Shown piece by piece: positions 10,201 to 17,723 of a stretch of 64,000 nucleotides of DNA; positions within the stretch are counted from its first letter, which is position 1, and each line of letters starts with the position of its first letter. This DNA comes from Novosphingobium sp. (lineage in GTDB: Bacteria; Pseudomonadota; Alphaproteobacteria; Sphingomonadales; Sphingomonadaceae). The notes under the pieces were generated by a model. That model had not been told where the DNA came from. It was given only the letters and a program-made list of their open reading frames with translations, and did no database searches. The translations under genes were made by a program, and so were the position numbers. Location of the stretch: NCBI RefSeq assembly GCF_965229225.1, contig NZ_OZ245867.1:330298-394297 (forward strand). Reading direction: 5' to 3'.

Positions 10201-10747
10201 GGGAAAGGCCGCTGGGGTAGAGATCGAACACGGAGCCGCGCACGGCGTATTCGCCCGAATCGACCACGGTATCGACGCGGGAGTAGCCCTGGCGCTGGAC
10301 GAGGGCGATCAGGGCTTCGCGCGCGATCTCCTGACCCACACGGAGCGCGCGGACCGATTCGCGCACGCGGAACGGGGTGAGCGTGCGCTGGAGCAGCGCG
10401 TTGATCGTGGTGACGAAGAGCTGCGGGCCTTCTAGCGGCTGTTGCAGCGCATGGAGCGCGGCGAGGCGGCGGGCGCTGACCGACATCGCGGGGGACGCCC
10501 GGTCAAACGGAAGGCAGTCCCACGCGGGATATTCGGCCACGTCGAGCTCGGGCGCGAAGAAGGCGGCGCTCTGGGTGACGGCGCGCATGGCGGCATCGTC
10601 TGCCGCGATGAAGATCGTGCGCTTGGGCGTTTTGCCCGTGGCGGCAGCGCGGGCGAGATCGGCAAGGACGAGCGGCTGCGCCCCCCGGGCAATCGAGGCG
10701 AGGGTGAGCGGCGTCGTGGCCGACAGGATGCGGGACGGATCGGGCAT
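7247..10747 (-). CDS. mfd: Transcription-repair coupling factor Mfd
   Basis: 1166 aa. It has a UvrB-homology N-terminus, an RNAP-interaction domain (GDLVVHMEHGIGRY), superfamily-2 helicase motifs (GDVGFGKTEVALRAAF, DEEQRFG, LTLTATPIPRTL, QLYQLRGRVGRG) and a TRG motif. Confidence 0.97.
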   Translation of the reverse strand: MPDPSRILSATTPLTLASIARGAQPLVLADLARAAATGKTPKRTIFIAADDAAMRAVTQSAAFFAPELDVAEYPAWDCLPFDRASPAMSVSARRLAALHALQQPLEGPQLFVTTINALLQRTLTPFRVRESVRALRVGQEIAREALIALVQRQGYSRVDTVVDSGEYAVRGSVFDLYPSGLSHGLRLDFFGDEIETMRLFDPATQRSVQPVQSHLLLPASEALLDEDSIRRFRTRYRELFGANATGDPLYQAVSDGRRLAGMEHWLPLLEDRLVTLFDHLADGDLILLDAAAAKAAEERLADIADYRQARAESSARGGSTTYRPLAETALYLARDEFDRALMGWPVHRMTQFAEPESARVLDFGFGPPRDFAPERASGANIYEAAAKHLAALATRGRKAVVAAYSTGSRSRLASLLGDAGKAPPILAETWQEALGAAATGKPAAVVLPLEQGFSSGDVEVLTEQDILGDRLVRPKRKRKDADAFLAELAALGTGDLVVHMEHGIGRYIGLVPVDVGDSPHDCVQLEYHGGDKLYIPVENLDVLSRYGHDSEGIQLDKLGGEAWQRRKAKMRERILEIAGQLMQTAALRALREADTLAPDPASYGPFVDRFPWAETDDQERAIEDVLGDLASGKPMDRLVCGDVGFGKTEVALRAAFVAAMAGKQVAIIAPTTLLARQHYTAFVERFSGFPLEVGRLSRLVPAKEAAATKEGLAAGTVDVVIGTHALLSKGLEFKRLGLVIVDEEQRFGVVHKERLKELKADVHVLTLTATPIPRTLQMAMSGLRELSTIQTPPVDRLAVRTYVMPWDDVTMREALMREHQRGGQSFIVVPRIADMPDLEEWLRLNVPEIRYVSAHGQMSPTEVEDRMGAFYEKRYEVLLSTTIVESGLDIPSANTIVLHRADRFGLAQLYQLRGRVGRGKLRAYAYLTYPENQALSEIAEKRLKVLSDLDSLGAGFQLASHDLDLRGAGNLLGDEQSGHVREVGFELYQSMLEDAIVAAKAGEIGLARERSALSPQITVDAPIMIPENYVPDLAVRMALYRRMNDAEGADAVEALAAEMIDRFGPLPGPTQNLLKLIEIKRQAIAAHIAKIDVGAKGTLVSFHNDSFPEPAGLFAYIDRLKGTAKLRPDNKLVINRAWGTPEARLNGLVQLTKGLSAIAKRAGKRA

Positions 10748-10767
10748 GCGAAAAGGGGCCGCTTGGC

Positions 10768-11049
10768 TCAGCGCGGGATGTCGACGTAGTCGAGGCGGCG
10801 CATGGCGTCCATCTCCGGCCCCGCGAAGGCTTCGGGAACGGGCTGGGTGCCGAGCGCCCAGGCCATGATCTCGACGTCGTCTTCCTCAAGCAGGCGTTCG
10901 AACCAATCGAGCGCCGCCTCGTCCCAGCCCTTGTGGCGCGTGTCGAAGAAGCAGCCGATCATGTAGTCCGCCTCACGCGTGCCGCGATGCCAGGCGCGGA
11001 ACTTCATCCGCGCGAGGCGGTGCTGGGGCGAAGAGTCGGGTTCGGTCAT
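10768..11049 (-). CDS. sdhE: FAD assembly factor SdhE (SDHAF2/DUF339 family)
   Basis: Only the last 93 aa of track ORF 10768..11793 look real (MTEPDSS...RMKFRAWHRGTREADYMIG...DVEIMAWA...). RGxxE and the acidic C-terminal half fit SdhE. Its position between mfd and recG is the usual alphaproteobacterial arrangement. Confidence 0.8.
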   Translation of the reverse strand: MTEPDSSPQHRLARMKFRAWHRGTREADYMIGCFFDTRHKGWDEAALDWFERLLEEDDVEIMAWALGTQPVPEAFAGPEMDAMRRLDYVDIPR

Positions 11050-11094
11050 TCGCGCGCCGATACGCCGTGAAGGGCTTGCGGGGCAAGCTCCAAG

Positions 11095-11325
11095 CCGGAC
11101 GCCTGAAGGGCAAAGAGGTTTCTCGCAGAGACGCAGAGGAAGCAGAGGGCGCAAAGACTGCATGGCGGGGACGCAGCGCGGAGTCTGATCACGACTTCCC
11201 GCCGTCCTTGAAGCCAGCGCGGCTTCGCCGCAAGACCAACATCTCTGCGAACTCAGCTTCCTCTGCGTCTCTGCGAGAAACCCTGTCTTCGACCCACTGC
11301 GAAGGGATGAACCCTTCAGGTCCGG
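11095..11325. repeat. About 230-bp nested inverted-repeat (MITE/REP-like) element
   Basis: The outer arms are ccggacgcctgaaggg (11095-11110) and cccttcaggtccgg (11312-11325). The inner arms are a perfect 26-nt pair, gtttctcgcagagacgcagaggaagc (11118-11143) and its reverse complement (11256-11281). Confidence 0.5.
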
Positions 11326-11717
11326 AGCGCTGCCAGCACTTCGGTGCCGGTTCGACCCACCATTTCCTTGGCCAGTTCGCGCCGCAGAACTGTTTTCAGC
11401 TGGCCATGATAGTGCGGGCGCAATTCGCCCAAAGCGCGCGGCGAGGCGATGATCACGAGGTCCTGTATGCGGTGCGCCAGCACTTCGGCATTGAGCCATT
11501 GGACGACTGCCGCGCCGTGCTGTGCTTCGATCACCTGGCTGGCCGGATCGTGGCCGCTCATGTGCCCGTGCTGGCCGCCTGAGGCATGGCCGTGGAGATC
11601 GATTGTGGGCAGAGCTTGGGCTTCGAGGACGGGTTCGTTTTCGGTGCCGCTGTTGCGCAGCAAGGCAAAATGCGCACCATCGACGATAGCGACAATGGTT
11701 CCGTGAGGGATAAGCAT
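11316..11717 (-). CDS. Host-attachment protein family (Host_attach-like) protein
   Basis: 133 aa. The pattern MLIPHGTIVAIVDGAHFALL...LVIIASPRALGELRPHY...LAKEMVGRT matches my recollection of the 'protein required for attachment to host cells' family. Not verified by search. Confidence 0.55.
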   Translation of the reverse strand: MLIPHGTIVAIVDGAHFALLRNSGTENEPVLEAQALPTIDLHGHASGGQHGHMSGHDPASQVIEAQHGAAVVQWLNAEVLAHRIQDLVIIASPRALGELRPHYHGQLKTVLRRELAKEMVGRTGTEVLAALRT

Positions 11718-11859
11718 TTTCGTGGGTTCCTGCGCTGTGAAGGTTCAGTGTGAACGCTTGAGAGGCCGTGATGGGCCCGAAGAAAACCCGCATCCATGCG
11801 TTTGATCAAATTGGTCGGGGTGTGGCGCTTAGCGGCAGGCGTGACTATGGAAGAGCACG

Positions 11860-13929
11860 ATGCGTCCCGATCTGCTCAATCCGTTGTTTGCCGAGACCGA
11901 GGGCCTCAAAGGCGTGGGGCCGGGGCTGGCGCGGCCGCTGGGCAAGCTGGGCCTGACGCGGGTGCGCGACCTTGTCTATCACCTGCCGGACCGGTTCGTG
12001 GCGCGGCGGGCGGTGGGCAATCTCGATGAGGCGGCGATCGGCGAGCAGATCGTTATCGCGCTGACAGCACGCGAGCACCGACCCAGCACGGGGCGCGGGC
12101 CTTACCGGATCATGGCCGAGGATGCGCTGGGCAACTATGTCGCGCTCGTGTGGTTCGGTCGGGCGAGCTACAGCGCGAAGAAGCTGCTGCCGGTGGGCGA
12201 GAAGCGCTGGGTTGCCGGGAGGCTCGACCAGTATGGGCAGTCCTGGCAGATCGTGCATCCCGAGCATGTTGCCGAGGACAGCGCCGCGCTGGCGGGCTCG
12301 CTCAACGAGGCGGTCTATCCATTGGCCGAGGGGCTGACGCAGGGGCGGATCGGCGCGCTGGTGGGTCAGGCGATGGGACTAGTGCCGGAACTGCCCGAAT
12401 GGATCGAGCCCGGGCTTTTGGCACAATCGGGCTGGCCTTCGTGGAAGGACGCGCTGGTGCGGGCGCACAAGGGCGCGGATGCGGCGGCGCGCGACAGGCT
12501 GGCCTATGACGAATTGCTGGCGAACTCGCTGGCCCTGATGCTGGTCAAGGCCAGCAACCGCACGCGGCGGACGGTGCCGCTGCGGGGCGATGGGCGGCTG
12601 CGCGAGAAGCTGCGGCTGCCTTTTGCGCTGACGGGGGCGCAGGCGCGCTCGGTAGTGGAAATCGAAAACGACATCGCGCAGGACGCGCCGATGTTGCGGC
12701 TGCTGCAGGGCGATGTGGGTTCGGGCAAGACGGCGGTTGCGCTGCATGCCATGCTGATCGCGGTGGAGGCGGGGGCGCAGGCCGCGCTGCTCGCGCCGAC
12801 CGAAATTCTGGCGCGCCAGCATGCCGAAACCTTGCAGCGCATGGCGGCGGGGACGGGGGTGCAGATTGCGCTGCTGACCGGCAAGAGTTCGCAGCGTGGC
12901 GGAAGCAAGGCGCGCGAGGCGATCCTGATGGGGCTGCTCGATGGCAGCATCGATATCTGTGTGGGGACGCACGCGATCTTTCAGGAGAGCGTGACCTATC
13001 GCAATCTGGCGCTGGTGGTGATCGACGAGCAGCACCGCTTCGGCGTCGGCCAGCGGCTGATGCTGACGCAGAAGGGCAAGGCGACACCGCATTGCCTGGC
13101 CATGACGGCGACGCCGATCCCGCGCACGCTGACATTGGCGCAATATGGCGAGATGGAGGTCTCCAAGCTCGACGAGATGCCGCCCGGACGGCAGCCGATC
13201 GATACGCGCGTGGTGGCAGTGGAGCGCATGGCCGATGTGGTGGAAGGCCTCGCGCGGCATCTGGCGACCGGCGCGCAGGCCTATTGGGTGTGCCCGATGG
13301 TGCGCGAGAACGAAAACGCCGATCTGGCGGCAGCGGAAGCGCGCTTTGCGGAATTGCAGCTGCGGTTTGGGCAGGATGTCGTGCTCGTCCACGGGCAATT
13401 GCGGCCTGAGGCCAAGGATGCCGCGATGGAGCGCTTCGTGCGCGGCGAGGCCAAGCTGCTGGTGGCGACGACGGTGATCGAGGTGGGAGTCGATGTGCCG
13501 GCCGCGAGCCTGATGGTTATCGAACAGGCGGAGCGGTTTGGGCTGGCGCAATTGCACCAGCTGCGCGGGCGGGTGGGGCGCGGCTCTGCGAAATCGACCT
13601 GCCTCCTGCTGCGCGGGGATGCGCTTTCCGAAGTGGGGCGCGAGCGGCTTGCCCTTATGCGGGAGACGCAGGACGGGTTTCGGCTAGCCGAGGAAGACTT
13701 GCGGCTGCGCGGCGGGGGCGAGCTGCTCGGCACGCGGCAATCGGGCGATACGCCCTTTCGGGTAGCCGACTTTGAACAGATTGCCCGGCTGCTGCCCATG
13801 GCGCATGACGACGCGCGGCTGCTGATGGAGCGCGATGGCGGGCTGGCTTCCCAGAGGGGACAGGCGGCGCGGGCGCTGCTCTACCTGTTCGAGCGCGACT
13901 GGGGCGTGCAGCTGCTCAGAGGTGGGTAG
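11860..13929 (+). CDS. recG: ATP-dependent DNA helicase RecG
   Basis: 689 aa with a wedge domain and helicase motifs (GDVGSGKTAVAL, DEQHRFGV, MTATPIPRTL, QLHQLRGRVGRG). Confidence 0.95.
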   Translation: MRPDLLNPLFAETEGLKGVGPGLARPLGKLGLTRVRDLVYHLPDRFVARRAVGNLDEAAIGEQIVIALTAREHRPSTGRGPYRIMAEDALGNYVALVWFGRASYSAKKLLPVGEKRWVAGRLDQYGQSWQIVHPEHVAEDSAALAGSLNEAVYPLAEGLTQGRIGALVGQAMGLVPELPEWIEPGLLAQSGWPSWKDALVRAHKGADAAARDRLAYDELLANSLALMLVKASNRTRRTVPLRGDGRLREKLRLPFALTGAQARSVVEIENDIAQDAPMLRLLQGDVGSGKTAVALHAMLIAVEAGAQAALLAPTEILARQHAETLQRMAAGTGVQIALLTGKSSQRGGSKAREAILMGLLDGSIDICVGTHAIFQESVTYRNLALVVIDEQHRFGVGQRLMLTQKGKATPHCLAMTATPIPRTLTLAQYGEMEVSKLDEMPPGRQPIDTRVVAVERMADVVEGLARHLATGAQAYWVCPMVRENENADLAAAEARFAELQLRFGQDVVLVHGQLRPEAKDAAMERFVRGEAKLLVATTVIEVGVDVPAASLMVIEQAERFGLAQLHQLRGRVGRGSAKSTCLLLRGDALSEVGRERLALMRETQDGFRLAEEDLRLRGGGELLGTRQSGDTPFRVADFEQIARLLPMAHDDARLLMERDGGLASQRGQAARALLYLFERDWGVQLLRGG

Positions 13930-13946
13930 TTCTGGAAGGACCGAGA

Positions 13947-14399
13947 TTGAAGCGTGTTTCGGAAGCGGCCCGGGCTTTGGGATATGCGGGCCTTTTGCCG
14001 CAGTTTGCGGCGCTCCTGGCGGTGTTCAAGGGCGGGCCGTGGGCGTGGACGGGCCTCGCGCTGGCTTATGCCTATGCGGCCCTGATCTTCAGCTTTCTGG
14101 GCGGGGTGTGGTGGGGCATCGGGATTGCCCGGCCGGAAAGCCCGCGCTGGATTTTCCTTGCCGGCGTCATGCCTTCGCTGATCGCGCTGGCGGGGTGGTT
14201 TCCGTGGATGCTGGGATGGACCTGGCCGGGGCCGGAACTCATCGCGCTGGGGGTGTGCATCGCGCTTTCGCCGCTGGTTGACCTTGCCGTGGGGCTGAAG
14301 CCGAATGGCTGGTTGGCGCTGCGGCGCAACCTGTCCATCGGGCTGGGCGGACTTTCCGTGCTGATCGGGCTTATGGCGGAGCGGGCTTCAGGGATCTGA
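13947..14399 (+). CDS. DUF3429-like small membrane protein
   Basis: 150 aa with four predicted TM segments. LPQFAALL...SFLGGVWWGIG resembles the DUF3429 family. Confidence 0.6.
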   Translation: MKRVSEAARALGYAGLLPQFAALLAVFKGGPWAWTGLALAYAYAALIFSFLGGVWWGIGIARPESPRWIFLAGVMPSLIALAGWFPWMLGWTWPGPELIALGVCIALSPLVDLAVGLKPNGWLALRRNLSIGLGGLSVLIGLMAERASGI

Positions 14400-14429
14400 G
14401 CGAGCTTGCAGACGCTGCGCTCGCACGAT

Positions 14430-14463
14430 CTGGATTGGGTCGCTTCGTTCGCAATAACGAAGG
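14430..14463. repeat. Copy of the dispersed CTGGATT...AATAACGAA REP-like motif
   Basis: The sequence ctggattgggtcgcttcgttcgcaataacgaagg contains the hairpin cttcgtt-cgcaat-aacgaag. It shares head and tail with the copies at 7073, 26064 and 35054. Confidence 0.45.
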
Positions 14464-14506
14464 AAAGGGCCTGCTGCGGCCCATAGTGCTTGCAATTGGA
14501 ACGAAT

Positions 14507-14583
14507 TGGTCGGGGAAAGAGGATTCGAACCTCCGGCCCCTGCCTCCCGAAGACAGTGCTCTACCAGGCTGAGCTATTCCCCG
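14507..14583 (-). tRNA. tRNA-Pro (anticodon CGG)
   Basis: Reverse complement reads CGGGGAATAGCTCAGCCTGGTAGAGCA CTGTC TTCGGGA GGCAG ...GGTTCGAATCC...CCCCGACCA. The anticodon loop is TTCGGGA. Confidence 0.9.
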
Positions 14584-14710
14584 ACCGATCGTTCACCTCC
14601 GAAAGCCCGATGAGGGGCGTCCGGAAGCAAGGCAGGGGCGCGCTATAGGCGGGTGATTTGAGGGTGACAAGCACCCTTTTGCAGGATTTTGATTGGTTGG
14701 GACGGAGGGC

Positions 14711-16255
14711 TCAGGCGGCACGGCTGAACGCCGGTGTTACAGTTGGTACTGGGGCCTGCCTGTCGCCGGAAAGGCGGAAGCGGGCGACGAGGTCCTGCAG
14801 CGTTTCGGCCTCGCGCAGCAGGCTGTGCGCGGCGGCGTTGCTTTCCTCCACCATCGCGGCGTTCTGCTGGGTGACCTGATCGATGCGGTTGAAGCTGGCG
14901 CCGACGGAGCCGAGCGCCTCGACCTGCCCGGCAGATTCGCTGGCAATGCTGCTGATTGCGCCGCTGATTTCGCTGACCCGCTCGACAATCGTGCGCAGCA
15001 CGGTGCCGGTTTCTCCGACGAGTTCGACACCGGTGCCGACTTGCGCCGAGGACGCGCCAATGAGGTCCTTGATCTCCTGCGCGGCATCGGCGCTGCGCTG
15101 GGCGAGCGCGCGCACTTCGGTGGCGACCACGGCAAAGCCCTTGCCCGCCTCGCCCGCGCGGGCGGCCTCGACCCCGGCGTTGAGCGCGAGGAGATTGGTC
15201 TGAAAGGCGATGCCATCGATGATCGAGACGATCTGGGCGATCTCGCTGGAGGACTGCTCGATAGCGGTCATCGCGGCAATGGCGCGTTCGACCACGGCGC
15301 CGCCGGTGGCTGCATTGGCCTGGGCTTCGGCGGTGGTGCGGCTCACCGCTTCGGCGCGGGCGGCGGTGGTGCGGATGCCGGAGGCGAGGGTGGTGGTCGC
15401 CTCGCTGTTGGCGGCGATGGCGCTGGCCTGTGCTTCGGTGCGGCGGGCCAGATCATCGGAGGCACTGCGGATTTCGGACGAACCGGTGGCGATCTGGTGC
15501 GCGGCGGCGGTGACGCGGCCGAGAAGCTGGTCGAGATCGGCGGCGGCTTTATTGAACGAGGTGCGCAGGGCTTCGTAGGCCGGGGGGAAGGGCTCTGTGA
15601 TGCGCAGGGCAAGGTCGCCCCGGGCAAGTGCCTCAAGCCGGGAAGCGATGGCGCCGATCACGTCATTCTGCTCGCTGGCGGCGCGGCTGCGATCGGCGGC
15701 GGCTACGGCCTCGGCGCGCTCGGCCTGGGCGCGAATCTCGCCCTGGTGCTGGATATGGCGGGCGACCTGTTCGCACAGCACGACGAGGGCGCCGGTCTCG
15801 GCCACGACGACGACGGTGTGGAAGAGCACGCGGAAGAAGGCGGGGCCTCCCGTCCACACGATGCCGGGCGCGAGGAAGTTGGCGAGGAGGTGGTGGACGG
15901 CAGTGAGGGCGGCGGCGAGGATCACCGGGCGCCAATCGGCCATGGCGGCGAGCATCGCGAGCGCCGCAAAGAAGGTCATGTGGATATCGACCATGTAGGG
16001 CTGGCCGGACCATTGGTAGAGCAGGATCATCGGAAAAGCGGCAACGGCGCTGCCCATGGCAAGGCGGGTGCCGGCATCGGCGCGGCCTTGTGCGACAAGT
16101 GCCAGCGGGATCGCGCCGACAGCGGCGGCGAGGAGCAGCGGCAGCACGCCGGTGCTGGCCATCGCGGTGCCCACGCCAATGGCGAGGATGGCGAGCACGC
16201 AGACTGCGGCCAGGAGCCTTAGGCCATTGCGGCGGACGGCGAGGAGTTCATCCAT
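14711..16255 (-). CDS. Methyl-accepting chemotaxis protein with a six-TM N-terminal module
   Basis: The C-terminal half carries the MCP signalling-domain core ([41 protein letters not shown]). I prefer the start at MDELL (ATG 16255) over the track start at 16429. The N-terminal 210 aa form six hydrophobic helices with no periplasmic domain. Confidence 0.85.
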   Translation of the reverse strand: MDELLAVRRNGLRLLAAVCVLAILAIGVGTAMASTGVLPLLLAAAVGAIPLALVAQGRADAGTRLAMGSAVAAFPMILLYQWSGQPYMVDIHMTFFAALAMLAAMADWRPVILAAALTAVHHLLANFLAPGIVWTGGPAFFRVLFHTVVVVAETGALVVLCEQVARHIQHQGEIRAQAERAEAVAAADRSRAASEQNDVIGAIASRLEALARGDLALRITEPFPPAYEALRTSFNKAAADLDQLLGRVTAAAHQIATGSSEIRSASDDLARRTEAQASAIAANSEATTTLASGIRTTAARAEAVSRTTAEAQANAATGGAVVERAIAAMTAIEQSSSEIAQIVSIIDGIAFQTNLLALNAGVEAARAGEAGKGFAVVATEVRALAQRSADAAQEIKDLIGASSAQVGTGVELVGETGTVLRTIVERVSEISGAISSIASESAGQVEALGSVGASFNRIDQVTQQNAAMVEESNAAAHSLLREAETLQDLVARFRLSGDRQAPVPTVTPAFSRAA

Positions 16256-16577
16256 GACGGCGGGTTTCCGGGGGCTGGCAGAGGAAGGATGGGATGGCGA
16301 TAGCAAGCGCACCCTCGCGCAGCACGCGCAGACCGAAGCCGGGGGGCGGCGTGGTAAGGACAAGGCCGCCGAGCGGACCCGCGCCATTGAGTGCGGCGCC
16401 ACGCGCGAGCGCCCAATCGAGCGCGGCATGGCGGTTTGCCGGCATGACCGGGAGATACAGCGCGGGCAGGCCGGGGCGGGGGGCCAGTTCGGCAGTGGCG
16501 ACGACCAGGGTCAGCACGGCGCACTGCGCGGCAAGGGCAAGGCGGTGGCTTCGACCGGGGGCGAGGGAGGGGACCAT
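16248..16577 (-). CDS. Hypothetical 109-aa protein, translationally coupled to the MCP (tentative)
   Basis: This is the C-terminal part of track ORF 16248..17312, beginning at [32 protein letters not shown]... Its stop overlaps the MCP start as ATGGATGA. About 22 of the last 30 codons end in G or C. The N-terminus is signal-peptide-like. No family recognised. Confidence 0.35.
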   Translation of the reverse strand: MVPSLAPGRSHRLALAAQCAVLTLVVATAELAPRPGLPALYLPVMPANRHAALDWALARGAALNGAGPLGGLVLTTPPPGFGLRVLREGALAIAIPSFLCQPPETRRHG

Positions 16578-16679
16578 TCCAGCGACATAGTCCGATCCGA
16601 CCTTACGGCATGGAAGGGCAGAGTTAAGGTTAACTGCGTAGAGCAGGTGCTGGTCAGTACGGCGGGACGCGGCTAGACA

Positions 16680-17648
16680 GTGGACATGGCCACAGCCGCT
16701 TCCCCTTCGCGAGTCCCGGCGCAGCAAGCGCATCCCGAACAGCAATACCTCGACCTGATGCGCCGCATCTGGGAGGAGGGTGACGAACGGGTGGACCGCA
16801 CGGGCGTGGGGACGCGGTCGGTGTTCGGCGCGCAGTTGCGGTTCGATCTGGCCGATGGCGCGATGCCGCTGCTGACGACCAAGCGCGTCTACTGGAAGAC
16901 CGCGACGCGCGAATTCCTGTGGTTTCTGACCGGCCGCACCAATATCCGCGAGCTCTGCGCGCAGGGGGTGGAGATCTGGACCGACTGGCCGCTGGACCGC
17001 TATCGCCGCACGACGGGTGAAGACATTTCCCGCAAGGACTTTTCGGCGCGGATCGTGGCGGACGAGGCATTTGCGGCCGAGTGGGGCGATCTGGGGCCGG
17101 TTTACGGGAAGCAGTGGACGGATTGGCCGGTTTATGAACCCGCGGGGGACGGCCTGTTTGCGCGGCGGGCTTCGGGCGTGAACCAGGTGGCCGAAGTGGT
17201 CGAGAGCCTGCGGAAGAACCCCGGCAGCCGGCGCCATATCGTCGAGGGGTGGAACGTGGCGGAGCTGGACCGGATGGCGCTGCCGCCGTGCCACAAGACG
17301 TATCAGTTCCATGTCGCGGACGGGAAACTTTCAGGGCTGCTCTATCAGCGCAGTTGCGACGTGGCGCTGGGGCTGCCGTTCAACCTCTGGGGCGGGGCGC
17401 TGTTCATCAGGATGCTGGCGCAGCAGTGCGACCTTGAGCCGGGGGAACTGGTGTGGATGGGGGGCGATACGCACCTCTATCTCAACCATGCAGATCTTGT
17501 GGAAGAACAGTTGGCACGCCTGCCCGATGGTAGCCCGAAACTCGCTATCCATCGCCGGCCAGATAGTATCTTTGGATACCGGATTGAGGATTTCGAGGTG
17601 ACCGGCTATGCCCCGCAGGCGCACATTGCGGCTCCGGTGGCGGTTTGA
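16680..17648 (+). CDS. thyA: Thymidylate synthase ThyA
   Basis: 322 aa with QYLDLM, DRTGVGT.SVFG, LPPCH..YQF and DTHLY motifs. GTG start at 16680, with an in-frame ATG at 16686. Confidence 0.95.
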   Translation: MDMATAASPSRVPAQQAHPEQQYLDLMRRIWEEGDERVDRTGVGTRSVFGAQLRFDLADGAMPLLTTKRVYWKTATREFLWFLTGRTNIRELCAQGVEIWTDWPLDRYRRTTGEDISRKDFSARIVADEAFAAEWGDLGPVYGKQWTDWPVYEPAGDGLFARRASGVNQVAEVVESLRKNPGSRRHIVEGWNVAELDRMALPPCHKTYQFHVADGKLSGLLYQRSCDVALGLPFNLWGGALFIRMLAQQCDLEPGELVWMGGDTHLYLNHADLVEEQLARLPDGSPKLAIHRRPDSIFGYRIEDFEVTGYAPQAHIAAPVAV

Positions 17649-17723
17649 TTGACTCGGAAAGCTGCGTGTAATATTATTATGCGATGAGCTAATAATGCGT
17701 CTCTCTGAGGAGGCGCGCCGGGA

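Noticed and set aside
7439-10435. 998-aa ORF on the + strand.
   Set aside because: It is entirely antisense to mfd. The translation is Gly/Ala/Asp/Glu/Arg-rich low-complexity sequence with no motifs. This is a classic shadow ORF of a high-GC gene.
11050-11793. Upstream 248 aa of the 341-aa ORF 10768..11793.
   Set aside because: It runs through the MITE-like repeat and antisense or out of frame across the host-attachment gene. Only the terminal 93 aa resemble SdhE.
14507-14583. tRNA genes (Pro here; also Asp at 22032 and Leu at 32443) as possible genomic-island integration sites.
   Set aside because: There is no integrase, no duplicated tRNA 3' end, and no compositional shift adjacent to any of them. 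The neighbours are core genes.
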